Below, piece after piece: positions 14,062-25,599 of a stretch of 64,000 nt of DNA. The notes beneath the pieces were generated by a model. It was given only the letters and a program-made list of their open reading frames with translations. It ran no database searches and was not told where the DNA came from. Position numbers and translations under genes: made by a program. This DNA comes from an uncultured Saccharicrinis sp. GTDB lineage: Bacteria; Bacteroidota; Bacteroidia; Bacteroidales; Marinilabiliaceae. The number at the start of each line of letters is the position of its first letter. Positions within the stretch are counted from its first letter, which is position 1. The DNA lies in assembly GCA_963675435.1 (NCBI GenBank), contig OY776216.1:4518082-4582081 (forward strand). The letters are read 5' to 3'.

Positions 14062-15771
14062 TTAATTTACCACCTTTGGTTTTAGCGCAACAATTCCTTT
14101 TCTTCCAACAAAATCACCAAAACGTTCTCCAGTCTCTCTATCTTTAGCATACTGTTTTAAAAGCACTTTTAACTCATCTAAAATTTCATTTTCAGACAAA
14201 GTTTCCTTGTATAAAGTATTCAGACGGTCTCCATTAAAACTTGCCCCCAAATACATATTATATCTACCCATAGATCTTCCTACAAATCCGATTTCACCTA
14301 AAAAAGGACGACCACATCCGTTAGGACAGCCTGTCATGCGAATCAAAATTTCATCTTCTGTTAATTTATTCTCTTCCAAAATAACATCAATCTTGTCCAT
14401 CAACTTAGGCAGGTATCTTTCCGCTTCGGAGAAAGCCATCGTACAAGTGTTTAATGCCACACACGCAATCGCATTTTTCCTGGCTTCACTCATTTTTAAT
14501 CTTGGCCAGATATCATATTCCTTTAAAAGCTGATCGATAACATATTTATCCTCATCTTTTATTGCCCCTAACACTAATCCTTGATTACCAGTAAGTCGAA
14601 AATCGCACTTTTTTAATTCTGCAATTTTTCGCAAACCAGTTTTAAGCAAATAATCACCCTCATCTTTTACCCTTCCATGCTCTATATACAAACCAACATA
14701 CCACTTACCATTTTGCGCCTGATGCCAACCAAACAAATCACCATTACGTTCAAAATTATATGGTTTGGCAGGATAAAATCCATACCCCAATCTGGTTTCG
14801 AGCAGATAAGTAAACTTCTCAATCCCCAATCTGTCAATTGTATATTTTAATCGGGCTTGTCTACGATTTTCTCTGTTTCCATAATCGCGCTGAAGCCTAA
14901 CAATTTCTTCAACAACCTCCAAGGTTTGATGATAAGGAATAAACCCTAAAATATTTCCCAAACGAGGATAAGTGCCCGGTTCAGTAAAAGTCATCCCCAA
15001 ACCTCCACCTACAGCAAAATTAAATCCTTCAATCTTTCCATCCTTTTCAATAGCAATCAGTCCTATATCATTAGAGTATATATCCGTATCATTATAAGGA
15101 GGTGTTGCAATGGCAATTTTAAATTTACGTGGCAGATAGGTTTTTCCATAAATAGGTTCCTCATCCTGTTTCCCATCCAGCAACAACTTTTTATCCAACC
15201 ATATTTCGTGATAAGCAGTAGTTTTAGGCAAAAGATGTTCACCAATTTTTTGAGCCATTTCAAAAGCCTCCGGAACTAATGGTGAAATTGCCTCATTGGT
15301 AGTACACATTACATTACGGTTTACATCACCACAGGCTGCAATGGTATCCAACAACGAATCATTAATTTTCGCCATTGTTTCTTTCAACTTTCGTTTAATC
15401 ACTCCATGAAACTGAAAAGCCTGACGTGTTGTTAACTTCAGTGTATTATTTGCATGAGTTTTTGAAAGCTCATCAAAGGCAATCCATTGATCAGCTGAAG
15501 CCAATCCTCCCGGAATACGAACACGAATCATAAAACTATACAACGGTTCCAACTTTTGTTGCTTACGTTCCACATCCAAATCACGGTCTGCTTGCTGATA
15601 GCTACCATGAAATTTAATCAGTTGAGTATCATCTTCAACAATAGCTCCCGTTGCTAAATCATTTAAACTTTGCTCTAACGTACCTCTTAAATAATTACTC
15701 TGAGTTTTAATTCTTTCAACATCTGATGGATTCCAGGTTGGAAATATTTCTTTTTGCTTTACTTCTGCCAT
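14062..15771 (-). CDS. cysI: Assimilatory sulfite reductase (NADPH) hemoprotein beta-component
   Basis: 569 aa with the siroheme/4Fe-4S cysteine cluster TGCPNGCGRP and CVALNTC. Confidence 0.9.
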   Translation of the reverse strand: MAEVKQKEIFPTWNPSDVERIKTQSNYLRGTLEQSLNDLATGAIVEDDTQLIKFHGSYQQADRDLDVERKQQKLEPLYSFMIRVRIPGGLASADQWIAFDELSKTHANNTLKLTTRQAFQFHGVIKRKLKETMAKINDSLLDTIAACGDVNRNVMCTTNEAISPLVPEAFEMAQKIGEHLLPKTTAYHEIWLDKKLLLDGKQDEEPIYGKTYLPRKFKIAIATPPYNDTDIYSNDIGLIAIEKDGKIEGFNFAVGGGLGMTFTEPGTYPRLGNILGFIPYHQTLEVVEEIVRLQRDYGNRENRRQARLKYTIDRLGIEKFTYLLETRLGYGFYPAKPYNFERNGDLFGWHQAQNGKWYVGLYIEHGRVKDEGDYLLKTGLRKIAELKKCDFRLTGNQGLVLGAIKDEDKYVIDQLLKEYDIWPRLKMSEARKNAIACVALNTCTMAFSEAERYLPKLMDKIDVILEENKLTEDEILIRMTGCPNGCGRPFLGEIGFVGRSMGRYNMYLGASFNGDRLNTLYKETLSENEILDELKVLLKQYAKDRETGERFGDFVGRKGIVALKPKVVN

Positions 15772-15931
15772 TTTGATAACTTTTTAGTTGGTGGATATTT
15801 GGTTGCTTTTCCCAGCGCTCCACACTGGGCTATTAGATTACAGACTTTCGACCCTTTCTTTACTAATGTTAGGCATAGCGTCTCGCTACATCTATCTTAC
15901 TGAAGACATTGTACATTCAACTTCGTAACCA

Positions 15932-17740
15932 TCAATACACATCTTCCTGATAGCGTCGACTACTTTTTATTTCCTTAAAATAATCGGCAGTTTCTCTGAC
16001 TGATATATTACCATGTTCGGCAATAATATTTACAAGTTCCTTTTTTACATCTTTAGCCATTCTATTCATATCACCACATAAATAAAAGTATGCACCATCT
16101 TTAATCCATTGATATACCTGTGCACCATTTTCTCTAAGACGATGCTGCACATAAATTTTCTCTTCCTGATCCCTTGAAAACGCTACAGAAACATATTTTA
16201 GCAAACCATTTTTTCTGTATTTCAATAATTCCGTTTGATATAGAAAATCACTTACAAAATATTGATCTCCAAAAAACAACCAGTTTTCACCCTTGGCATT
16301 CACTACATCTCTTTGCTGTAAAAACGATCTGAAAGGAGCGATACCGGTACCCGGACCAACCATGATTACTTTTGCATTAGGATCCTCTGGTAGTCTGAAG
16401 CCTTCATTCTTTTTAATACGTACGAATAATTCATCTCCAACCTGAACTTCTTCAGCTAAAAATCCAGAACACACTCCCTGATGTTCTCTATCATTTAAAT
16501 GGTATTTAACCGCACCAACAGTGATATGAACTTCATCAGGATTAAATTCATAACTTGATGATATAGAATATAATCTAGCAGGTAGCTTGCGCAAAATTCT
16601 CTGTAAATCATTTACGGACATCTCGGCTGGAAAATCATTTAACAAATCCAGTAAGTCTGATCCGTACAAGTACTGCTTTAGTTTTTCCTGGTCATCAATT
16701 AGGCTATTTAACTTTGAATTTTGAGCCAGTTCTGCATATTTTTTAATTACAGGAGGTGTTACTACTGTTATTTCATAATTTACAATTAAAGCATCCCTCA
16801 AACTTTTCCCCTGATCCTGAATTTGAATTTTAGTTTCCGGATTTAATCCTAATTTATTTAAAATGCCATCTACTAAAACCGTATTGTTTTTAGAAATCAC
16901 TTCCAATGCATCACCTGGCTCATAGGTAATTCCCTTATTCTCTATATCTAACTCAATATGATAAGTAGACTTATTCGATCCTCGTCCATTTAACAGTACT
17001 TTTTCCAACACTTCTGCTTCAACCCATTGATCCGTATCAACTTTAACTGCAGCATTCACTTTATTATTTAAAGCTTGGCTACCATTTGTACTTTCTGAAA
17101 ACTGATTTAAAATATTAGGCAAAAAAGCTTCTATATGGTCTTTAAAGTCAACATCCAATTCTATAATATCATGAATGTTTTTTGCTCCCAACTTCACCAA
17201 CTGTTTATAAATATCATTACCAGTTTTACAGAAATTGATATAACTACTATCACCTAAAGCAACAACTCCAAAGTTTAATCCATCTAGCTTAGGAGCTTTC
17301 TTTCCATAAATAAATGCATAGAAATCTTCAGCAGATACAGGCGGTTCCCCCTCTCCATGAGTTGATACTACAATTAACAGATTCTTCTCCTCTTTTAATT
17401 TACGAACATTATAATCTGGCATTTCAAAAAGATTTACAGATACTCCTTTAAGCTCTAGTAATTCTGCAGCACTCTCTGCAATTAACCTTGAGTTACCAGT
17501 ATGCGTTCCATACAAAACAGTCACCTCTGTTTTACTCTCCGGAGCTTTCTGAATATCAACCAAACGTTCAACCTGCTCGTTCTTTATCGCAAAATCTTCC
17601 CCCAAAAGACCTCCCGACTGATTAACTCCCGTTAAGTACCCCGACAACCATAATTTCTGTTCTAAAGTCAAGCTATTTAATAAATCTTGCGCTTGCTGAA
17701 ACTGTTCCTTTGAAAATATTTTACTTATTCCTTCAATCAT
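15932..17740 (-). CDS. cysJ: Assimilatory sulfite reductase (NADPH) flavoprotein alpha-component
   Basis: 602 aa. Flavodoxin-like VLYGTHTGNS, FAD-binding RLYSISSS and NADPH-binding GPGTGIAPFRSF motifs. Confidence 0.9.
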   Translation of the reverse strand: MIEGISKIFSKEQFQQAQDLLNSLTLEQKLWLSGYLTGVNQSGGLLGEDFAIKNEQVERLVDIQKAPESKTEVTVLYGTHTGNSRLIAESAAELLELKGVSVNLFEMPDYNVRKLKEEKNLLIVVSTHGEGEPPVSAEDFYAFIYGKKAPKLDGLNFGVVALGDSSYINFCKTGNDIYKQLVKLGAKNIHDIIELDVDFKDHIEAFLPNILNQFSESTNGSQALNNKVNAAVKVDTDQWVEAEVLEKVLLNGRGSNKSTYHIELDIENKGITYEPGDALEVISKNNTVLVDGILNKLGLNPETKIQIQDQGKSLRDALIVNYEITVVTPPVIKKYAELAQNSKLNSLIDDQEKLKQYLYGSDLLDLLNDFPAEMSVNDLQRILRKLPARLYSISSSYEFNPDEVHITVGAVKYHLNDREHQGVCSGFLAEEVQVGDELFVRIKKNEGFRLPEDPNAKVIMVGPGTGIAPFRSFLQQRDVVNAKGENWLFFGDQYFVSDFLYQTELLKYRKNGLLKYVSVAFSRDQEEKIYVQHRLRENGAQVYQWIKDGAYFYLCGDMNRMAKDVKKELVNIIAEHGNISVRETADYFKEIKSSRRYQEDVY

Positions 17741-18055
17741 TTTACTTAGAATTTAGACATAGCAATGGCTGTTGAACTTATTTGAGAACAAGCCAATAAT
17801 TTGTTTTCTTATATGTTTGAGATGATCTCTATTTTTGAATTATTCCCAAAATGAAACCTTTTTAGGACTTATCGAATCTTATTCCTTAATATTTAAAATC
17901 AAGCACCTAACTTTATAAATCAATAGGTGAACAGTGCATAAATTATTTCTATAACGACAAAATAAAGATAAAGGAGAGAAATTAACCAGTGCATTGTTAC
18001 TATAACGTACCACATGCACTAGTTGAGTAATATTATTAATTGAAATGATTACTAA

Positions 18056-18973
18056 TTAAATTTCAAAACTACTTAAATATCTTTCTCCTGTATCCGGTAA
18101 TAAAACCACAATTCTTTTTCCTTTATTCTCAGAACGTTTAGCTACTTCTATAGCAGCCCACAATGCAGCTCCGGAAGAATATCCACATAAAAGTCCCTCA
18201 ACAAGAGCAGCCTCATGACTTGTATGTATAGCATCTTCATTTTTAACAGGAATTACCTCATCTATGATTGATGTATTTAAATTTGTTGGAATAAATCCAG
18301 CTCCAATTCCCTGAATTTTGTGAGGACCAGGTTTTCCTCCTGCAATAACAGGACTATCTGAAGGTTCGACAGCTATAATTTTCACATCAGGATTTTTCTC
18401 TTTCAACACACCACCTACTCCAGATAAAGTACCTCCAGTACCAACTCCTGCTATAAAAATATCTACTTCACCATCCGTATCTCTCCAAATCTCTTCAGCT
18501 GTGGTCTTTTTATGAATTGCAGGGTTTGCCGGATTATCAAACTGTTGTGGAATAAATGAATTTTCATTTTCAGAAGCAATTTCCTGTGCTTTTTCAATTG
18601 CGCCTTTCATTCCCTGAGATGCAGGTGTAAGAACTAACTCTGCTCCAAACTTCACAAGAAGCTTTCTTCTTTCAATACTCATACTTTCAGGCATTGTAAG
18701 AATTAATCGATAGCCCTTCACAGCAGATACGAATGCTAATCCTACACCTGTATTTCCACTTGTTGGTTCTACAATAATTGAATCCTTATTTAATTTTCCC
18801 TGACGCTCTGCTTCTTCAATCATAGCAAATGCAATACGATCTTTAACTGAACTTGCTGGATTAAAAAATTCTAATTTAGCTACAATTTGAGCTTCACCTT
18901 TGTTTAATTTGTTAATTTGAACCAATGGAGTATTTCCTATTAATTCTGTTACATCTTTTGCAATCTTGGTCAT
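18056..18973 (-). CDS. cysK: Cysteine synthase A (O-acetylserine sulfhydrylase)
   Basis: 305 aa with NPASSVKDR (PLP lysine), TSGNTG and GVGTGGT motifs. Confidence 0.92.
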   Translation of the reverse strand: MTKIAKDVTELIGNTPLVQINKLNKGEAQIVAKLEFFNPASSVKDRIAFAMIEEAERQGKLNKDSIIVEPTSGNTGVGLAFVSAVKGYRLILTMPESMSIERRKLLVKFGAELVLTPASQGMKGAIEKAQEIASENENSFIPQQFDNPANPAIHKKTTAEEIWRDTDGEVDIFIAGVGTGGTLSGVGGVLKEKNPDVKIIAVEPSDSPVIAGGKPGPHKIQGIGAGFIPTNLNTSIIDEVIPVKNEDAIHTSHEAALVEGLLCGYSSGAALWAAIEVAKRSENKGKRIVVLLPDTGERYLSSFEI

Positions 18974-19364
18974 GATTATATGTATTTAAATATTCGCTTT
19001 ATTATTATAACACAAACATACACGTTGAGTTTAAGAACTCCAAGACACCTACAGTGTATTACCCTACTATTATAGTATGTTTTTGACATTCTATAGACTC
19101 CCAACAACACCGTATAATGCTTATTTTCAAATTATTAAACCCAAATATAACTGTTTTAACTATATTCCTACTTATTAAGTATGCTTTAAGCACACACAAT
19201 CAATAGAAACTTTTAAAAGTATTTATTCGTGTCATATCTAAAGAACAAATCATAATTTAATCAATGATTTAAATTACGAAACAAATAGCAAGACCGGCAA
19301 AATAAAGCTAGTTTTTTCTTAAATAATGAGTAAAATTGCACGGAATATATAGATATTACTCATT

Positions 19365-20483
19365 ATGGAAGGATCATCAAGTCTATTAATTGTATTTGTA
19401 TTTGCAGTGATTGTTGGCACTATTGTTTTAAGAAAATTATTTAAAAACAGTATTTTTCTAAGAATTGGTGTTATATGGATTACCAATGTTTTTATAACTG
19501 TTGTAAATAGCCGAATTCGCTATAACAATCCTGAAGCCTATCCTTTCTGGGCCGCTTTATTAGCTGGATTATCCATTACCTCCATTTTATTATATAGTGT
19601 TTCTGTGTGGGTAAGAAAACCACTTTCTCAACTCGTTGATAACATCACAGATTTAAGTAGGGGTGATTTAAACATCATTAATAAGAAAGAATTTAACAGA
19701 AAATACATTGGAGAACTCAATACGTTAAATAAAAGTATTATTAATTTATCGAACATCTTTAAAACTTCACTAACCAAAATAAACGACTCCGCAAAAGAAG
19801 TAAACACACTTGGCTTTGAATCAAATAATATGTCCCAGTCCCTATCGAAAGGAACAGGAGAACAAGCTAGTGCTTTAGAAGAAATTTCTGCTTCAATGGA
19901 AGAAATAAATGCCAACATTAATTCCTCAAATGAAAATGCTTCTAAAACTTATCAGGTTACTTCTGATACAAATGAGAAATTACAAATAAGCGTAGAAAGT
20001 GCCAGGGAATTAAAAAATGCCATTGCATTAATTGCCGAAAAAATAAAGATTATTGACACTATTGCTATAGAAACAAATTTATTAGCACTTAACGCTGCCA
20101 TCGAAGCAAAACAGGCAGGTGAGGCAGGATCTGGATTTTCTGTTGTGGCAGGAGAAGTTAAAAAACTTGCTGAAACCAGCAAAAAAGCTGCTGATGAAAT
20201 AAAAGAAATAACAGTAAACGGTTTAAATCTTTCAGAGCAAGTTAGTTTACAATTGGAAGAAACAATTCCTTCAATGGAAAACACTATGAATTTAATGGAA
20301 GAGATTAGTGTTGCCAGTAAAGAGCTAAAATCAGGTTCTGATCAGGTTACTGCAGCAATTAACAGCATCAATGTAATTACTCAAAACAACGCAAAGATGT
20401 CTGAGGAAATGAGTGCAAACTCTGATAATTTATCGAATCAGTCGGATCAACTCGTTAAAAACGTTGAATTCTTTAAAATCTAG
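19365..20483 (+). CDS. Methyl-accepting chemotaxis protein-like transducer (2 TM helices, HAMP, MCP signalling domain)
   Basis: 372 aa with the highly conserved hairpin tip [32 protein letters not shown]. Confidence 0.8.
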   Translation: MEGSSSLLIVFVFAVIVGTIVLRKLFKNSIFLRIGVIWITNVFITVVNSRIRYNNPEAYPFWAALLAGLSITSILLYSVSVWVRKPLSQLVDNITDLSRGDLNIINKKEFNRKYIGELNTLNKSIINLSNIFKTSLTKINDSAKEVNTLGFESNNMSQSLSKGTGEQASALEEISASMEEINANINSSNENASKTYQVTSDTNEKLQISVESARELKNAIALIAEKIKIIDTIAIETNLLALNAAIEAKQAGEAGSGFSVVAGEVKKLAETSKKAADEIKEITVNGLNLSEQVSLQLEETIPSMENTMNLMEEISVASKELKSGSDQVTAAINSINVITQNNAKMSEEMSANSDNLSNQSDQLVKNVEFFKI

Positions 20484-20547
20484 TTTTGCATCTCAAATTC
20501 TAAGATAACTATTTCAATTTCCAAACTTCTGGTATTTGAGACAAGCA

Positions 20548-20976
20548 TTATATGTAATACATCAAGCTTTCGTTCATATCACGAAATTCTTTTTGAATAT
20601 CAGCTAAAGTTTTACGACTTAAGGCTTCTGCCATATCATTTATAACCTGATTTACTAAAGAATACACTGCTTTCTGATTATTTGAATCACTTTCTTTTAT
20701 TGGCAATTCTTTTTTATAACCACCTTCTAATGATTCATATACCATTAATAATGAAATTTCTTTAGGTTGAACTCGTAGGCGATAACCACCTCCTGCTCCT
20801 TTTTTCACCTCCAACATTCCACTTTTCTTCAAGGTGACCGCTATTGCCTCAAGAAACTTCATTGGGATATTATGACGCAATGAGATCTGGTAAATCCCCA
20901 TATATCTTTCCTCACTCAACTCCGCAAGCGATAATAAAAACCTTAATCCGTATTCTGTTTTTTTCGATAACTTCAT
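20548..20976 (-). CDS. Rrf2-family transcriptional regulator
   Basis: 142 aa with the N-terminal MKLSKKTEYGLRFLL signature of Rrf2/IscR/CymR proteins. Confidence 0.85.
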   Translation of the reverse strand: MKLSKKTEYGLRFLLSLAELSEERYMGIYQISLRHNIPMKFLEAIAVTLKKSGMLEVKKGAGGGYRLRVQPKEISLLMVYESLEGGYKKELPIKESDSNNQKAVYSLVNQVINDMAEALSRKTLADIQKEFRDMNESLMYYI

Positions 20977-21142
20977 CAGTCTCCTTTTTTACCAGATGTT
21001 AACTCCAATAATTCTACTCTTACACTACAACTATAACAAACTCAATAATTTTAAAGATCGTTATATACTTGTTTCCATTTATTTTATTTAATAAACCATA
21101 CAAACGATATATAATATAACTATTAACAGAAGATTAGGTTCA

Positions 21143-22324
21143 CTAAAAGGCTTCGCCCAATGTAAAAAACACACCACTATCTCCTCTATTCGTCATTCCA
21201 TAATCAATTCTAAAACTCAACTTCTCATTTTCCAAAACACGCAACCTCAATCCTGCACCTCCCATTACATGAACCTTAGTGAACATATCTGAATCAAATT
21301 GTTCAAATACATTTCCTATGCCGGTAAAAACTTCGCACCCAAAACGCCACCATAACTTAGATCTGAAAGCAGCCTGAATATATGCACTATGATTATCCAG
21401 ATATTTATAAGGTCTGGATATCCCTCTAAACAAGCGCTTACCACCTATTTCTGACAAGCGATAAAAAGGCACATCTCCTGAAGTTGATTTTATTACACTT
21501 TGAAATGCCAATACCCTTTCCTTAGCTCCTAAAGCAAGATAAGTTCTAATATCCAGTTTAAATGTTGAAAAATCATAATCTCCTATTGAAGGCAAATACT
21601 TTAAGTAAGATGTTTCTAAAAACATTCCTTTCACCGGATAAACCACACTATTTCTGCTATCATAAGTAACAGAGGGACCAACGCCCGTTACCCATGCCTT
21701 TTGATAACCAAGAACTTCTTCATTAAAAACATCCCCCTCTGTATTTTTCACCTTATAAGAACCAAAGTCATAATTCAAGCCAACAAACCACTTTTGATTT
21801 ACAATTTTCATGATCCTTCCAGTAAACTCCAACTTATTTTCTTCAATTTCAGAATAAGTATCCTTATTACTCGTATTGCCTATTTCATAAAACTGATCAG
21901 GCATATACTGAATCATCCACTTGGTTTTTAAATACCAATTATTCTTTGTATAAAACTTTGATGACGTATAAAATTCATACATTCCAGAAGTAGAGAACTC
22001 ACATGAAACTGAAATATTTGAGGGTCGAAAATATCCGTTACCCTCTTCCTTTCCTCCCAAATAAAACCTCCACGATGGCAACAAACCCAAACTTAAACCA
22101 GTCCTGTTTTCGTAACCTACTACTGGTAAAAAGAAAAAAGTAGAATTCTCCTTTTCTATAGTTATTAAATCCATTCCCCATTCTGTAAGTGAGGTAATCC
22201 CATTTACCAATGAAGACGAACTTGTTGGAGTAGTTGAGTTATATTTTCTTGCCGAATCTGTTTGAGCGTGTATATTAAAAACACTCAACAATATTATACA
22301 TAATAAAAGAAGGCTCCGATTCAT
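21143..22324 (-). CDS. Omp85/BamA-like outer-membrane beta-barrel (bacterial surface antigen family)
   Basis: 393 aa with a signal peptide. The C-terminal ...GVFFTLGEAF ends in aromatic F and the sequence has a beta-strand pattern. Confidence 0.65.
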   Translation of the reverse strand: MNRSLLLLCIILLSVFNIHAQTDSARKYNSTTPTSSSSLVNGITSLTEWGMDLITIEKENSTFFFLPVVGYENRTGLSLGLLPSWRFYLGGKEEGNGYFRPSNISVSCEFSTSGMYEFYTSSKFYTKNNWYLKTKWMIQYMPDQFYEIGNTSNKDTYSEIEENKLEFTGRIMKIVNQKWFVGLNYDFGSYKVKNTEGDVFNEEVLGYQKAWVTGVGPSVTYDSRNSVVYPVKGMFLETSYLKYLPSIGDYDFSTFKLDIRTYLALGAKERVLAFQSVIKSTSGDVPFYRLSEIGGKRLFRGISRPYKYLDNHSAYIQAAFRSKLWWRFGCEVFTGIGNVFEQFDSDMFTKVHVMGGAGLRLRVLENEKLSFRIDYGMTNRGDSGVFFTLGEAF

Positions 22325-22326
22325 AT

Positions 22327-23568
22327 TTAAATTGATTCAAGAGCTTGATTAAAATCCTGGATTAAATCTTCAACATCTTCAATACCTACAGAAATACGCA
22401 TCATTGTATCCCTAATGCCCATATCTTTCTTTTCTTCAGTATCAAACTCACAGTAAATTGTCGATTCCGGATGAATAATTAATGTTTTATTATCATTTAA
22501 ATTAGTTGCTCTTCTTACTAGTTTTAGCTGGTTAAAAAATGAAAAGCATTTTTCTTTCGATTCCAGATCTATAGTCATTACAGCTCCTGGTTTGCCAGAA
22601 AATTGCTTTTGATTCAATGCATAATAAGCATTATCTTTTAATCCGGGATAAGTAACTTCCTTCACCTTGGGATGCTTTCCAAAAAACTCACCTAAAACTA
22701 AACAATTAGATACACAACGATCTACTCGTAGTGCAAGAATATCTAATCCCATATTTAAATAATGTGCAGTATGTGCAGTCATACATCCACCCAAATGACG
22801 GAATATTTCTTTTCTGATTCTAATAGCCAATGCATTTGATCCAAATTTATCGAACCATGTTTTAAGTGCAGGAACTTTAGACCAATCAAAAAGCCCATTG
22901 TCAATTACTACACCTCCAACAGCAGCAGCTCCCCCTGACATAAATTTAGTAGCAGACATCACTTCAACATCAACTCCAAACTTCGAGGATTCAAAAACAT
23001 AAGGAGGAGTTATTGTTGAATCAGCAACTACAACCACATCTCTTTCATGAGCCAATTGACTAATATGAGCAATATCTAAAATCTCCAATTGAGGATTAGT
23101 AATGGTTTCAAAAAACAACACTCTTGTTTTCTCATCTATATTATTACATACCTGATCTAAATTACTCATATCAACAAACCGAACCTCAATACCCCATGCT
23201 GGCAAAGTTTCCTTTAGCAATGCATACGTATGTCCAAACAAGTGATTTGACGAAACAATATTCCCTCCCTTTTCGACTAATGCTAATAATGTATTAGAAA
23301 TTGCTGCCATACCTGAAGAAAGAGCAATAGCTGCATGGGCACTTGTTAAATTCAATAACTTTTGCTCAAAATAAGCCACTGTTGGATTTGTTGTTCTACT
23401 ATATGCATGAGCAAAAACCTTACCTTCAAAAGAATCCCTAATATCCTCTGCAGTATCAAATTCAAAAGCAACACCATCATAAACAGGCATATGCAATGCA
23501 TTGTAAGCATCTTTTTCTGGTAGTGCCGTATGTAACGATTTAGTTGTAAATCCCTTTTTTATTGTCAT
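22327..23568 (-). CDS. O-acetylhomoserine/O-acetylserine sulfhydrylase family PLP enzyme
   Basis: 413 aa, Cys/Met-metabolism PLP family, with SATKFMSGG as the PLP-lysine region. Confidence 0.8.
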   Translation of the reverse strand: MTIKKGFTTKSLHTALPEKDAYNALHMPVYDGVAFEFDTAEDIRDSFEGKVFAHAYSRTTNPTVAYFEQKLLNLTSAHAAIALSSGMAAISNTLLALVEKGGNIVSSNHLFGHTYALLKETLPAWGIEVRFVDMSNLDQVCNNIDEKTRVLFFETITNPQLEILDIAHISQLAHERDVVVVADSTITPPYVFESSKFGVDVEVMSATKFMSGGAAAVGGVVIDNGLFDWSKVPALKTWFDKFGSNALAIRIRKEIFRHLGGCMTAHTAHYLNMGLDILALRVDRCVSNCLVLGEFFGKHPKVKEVTYPGLKDNAYYALNQKQFSGKPGAVMTIDLESKEKCFSFFNQLKLVRRATNLNDNKTLIIHPESTIYCEFDTEEKKDMGIRDTMMRISVGIEDVEDLIQDFNQALESI

Positions 23569-24020
23569 TATTATTAAATTCTTAAATCAGTATTTTAGTA
23601 AAACCAAACTATTATTACATGGTTCAACAATCATTAGTTTATGCCAAAAGTAATAAATTACCTAAAAGTCTAATTGCCAATTTTAATATAATCCTACCAA
23701 CCTCAATCATCTATACTTGTAAATTATTAACCACAATTCACATTAAAAGGTTACAGCTCAAGGTTTAATTTTTCATAAAAAGAAATTCTTTAATAAAATT
23801 CCACTAACACATTACTACTACTATATTGATATGTTTTATGGGATAAACAAAAAAATGAGACATTATAAAACTTTTATGTAGTATATACGTTAACATCACA
23901 GCAACAAGAGCAAATTAAACAACGTATCACGAACGATACCAATGATTTAGCACATAAATAACTCGACCTATTTAATACTTAGGATGTTTTTATATATTTG
24001 CCGACTGAAAAAAATTAAGC

Positions 24021-24572
24021 ATGACGATTAAATTAAGATTGATTTCGGGAGAAGACGAGGATTTTATTAGAGATATTGAAGTTGGAGGTGAAGCTACATT
24101 TTTCGACTTGCACAATTTCATTCAAGACTTACTAAATTTCAACGAAGGTCAAATGGCCTCATTTTTCATTACAGATGAAGAGTGGCAAAAACAAGAAGAA
24201 ATTACATTAATGGATATGGCCATGGATGAAACACCGAATTCATTTATTATGGCTGACACAAAAATAGGCCAGTTTGTAAAAGATACGAAACAGCGCTTAT
24301 TATATGTTTTTGATTTCTTCAATGAAAGAAACCTTTTTATGGAGTGTTTCGAAATTTCAGAAAACGAATGTAAAGAAATTAAGTGCTTGTATGCTGCTGG
24401 TAATGCACCTGAACAACTTGATTTAAGTGATTTATTAGATGAAGGTAGCCCTGAAAACAATAGTAACGAAAAGTCGCTAGATTTTGATGAAGAGGATTAC
24501 TACAACTATCCGGACACAGATTTTGATAATGATCCTATGATTTCATTTACTGACGACCTTGAAAACTTATAA
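24021..24572 (+). CDS. Hypothetical acidic protein (possibly pRiA4b ORF-3/MM3350-like N-domain)
   Basis: 183 aa. The N-terminal IKLRL...FFDLHNFIQ pattern resembles that family. This rests on weak recall only. Confidence 0.35.
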   Translation: MTIKLRLISGEDEDFIRDIEVGGEATFFDLHNFIQDLLNFNEGQMASFFITDEEWQKQEEITLMDMAMDETPNSFIMADTKIGQFVKDTKQRLLYVFDFFNERNLFMECFEISENECKEIKCLYAAGNAPEQLDLSDLLDEGSPENNSNEKSLDFDEEDYYNYPDTDFDNDPMISFTDDLENL

Positions 24573-24596
24573 GTAAATCTCAATTCAATAGTTTTA

Positions 24597-25511
24597 ATGC
24601 AAAAATTTTTAATTGTAGTAGTTGGACCTACTGGAATTGGCAAAACCAAAACAAGTATAGAAATTGCCAAACATTATAATACAGAAATTATTTCGGCTGA
24701 TTCAAGACAGATTTTCAAGGAATTAAAAATAGGAACTGCAACTCCAACAGAGGATGAACTTAAAGAAGCCAGGCATCATAATATAGGTTCACAATCGATA
24801 CACGACTATTATAGTGCCTGGGAATTTGAACAGGATGCATTAAAACTAACCGAAGAACTATTCAAAAATCATGACCAACTGGTTTTAACCGGTGGATCAA
24901 TGATGTACATTGATGCTATTTGTAAAGGCATTGATGAACTACCCACCATAGACCAACAACTGAGAGACGATTTAAAAAAGCAACACGATACAGAAGGTAT
25001 TGAATCTATTCGCAGATTGCTAAAGCAATTAGATCCTGTATTCTACGAGCAAGTGGATTTAATGAATCACAAAAGAGTAATACATGCGGTTGAAATTTGC
25101 CTTATGACAGGCAAACCCTATAGTTCACTCAGAACCAACACCATTAAAAAACGTCCCTTTCATATCATAAAAGTTGGATTGGAGTTAGCCCGTGAAGAGG
25201 TTTATAACAGAATTAATTTACGTGTGGATCAAATGATAGAAATGGGGTTATTAGAAGAGGCCAGACAGTTTTATCCCTATAAAGAATTGAACTCTCTAAA
25301 CACAGTTGGCTACAAAGAAATTTTTGCTCATTTTGATGGAGAATACGATTTAGACAAAGCTATTGAATTAATTAAGAGAAACACAAGACGTTACGCTAAA
25401 AAGCAATTAACCTGGTTTAAAAAAGATACAGAAACAAAATGGTTTAAACCTACCGAATTCATTAATATTATTTCACATATTGATGGTTTAATACTAAATT
25501 GCAATTCCTAA
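24597..25511 (+). CDS. miaA: tRNA dimethylallyltransferase
   Basis: 304 aa with P-loop GPTGIGKT, then SADSRQIFKEL.IGTA. Confidence 0.9.
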   Translation: MQKFLIVVVGPTGIGKTKTSIEIAKHYNTEIISADSRQIFKELKIGTATPTEDELKEARHHNIGSQSIHDYYSAWEFEQDALKLTEELFKNHDQLVLTGGSMMYIDAICKGIDELPTIDQQLRDDLKKQHDTEGIESIRRLLKQLDPVFYEQVDLMNHKRVIHAVEICLMTGKPYSSLRTNTIKKRPFHIIKVGLELAREEVYNRINLRVDQMIEMGLLEEARQFYPYKELNSLNTVGYKEIFAHFDGEYDLDKAIELIKRNTRRYAKKQLTWFKKDTETKWFKPTEFINIISHIDGLILNCNS

Positions 25512-25599
25512 CTAAAGATTTTTTCACCGGGCATATTTTTTTTATTAATCAATCTCTCGGTTTACTTTTTTTTTGCCCGGTGTTTATTTTATCGTTTTC

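Noticed and set aside
23569-24020. Looked for a SAM/T-box-type riboswitch upstream of the metY-like gene, and likewise upstream of cysK and trpB.
   Set aside because: The leaders are AT-rich with no conserved riboswitch cores or convincing multi-stem structures visible by eye.
8153-24460. Antisense or embedded ORFs inside trpB, cysI, the MCP gene, the Omp85-like gene and the 24021 gene (8153-8407, 14207-14533, 15063-15263, 19628-19918, 19952-20284, 21701-21931, 24149-24460).
   Set aside because: Each lies within a longer ORF that has strong family motifs on the opposite strand or in another frame.
25526-25582. CACCGGGCA ... TGCCCGGTG inverted repeat after miaA as a terminator.
   Set aside because: The loop is about 40 nt, which is atypical for an intrinsic terminator. 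It may be a small palindromic element instead.
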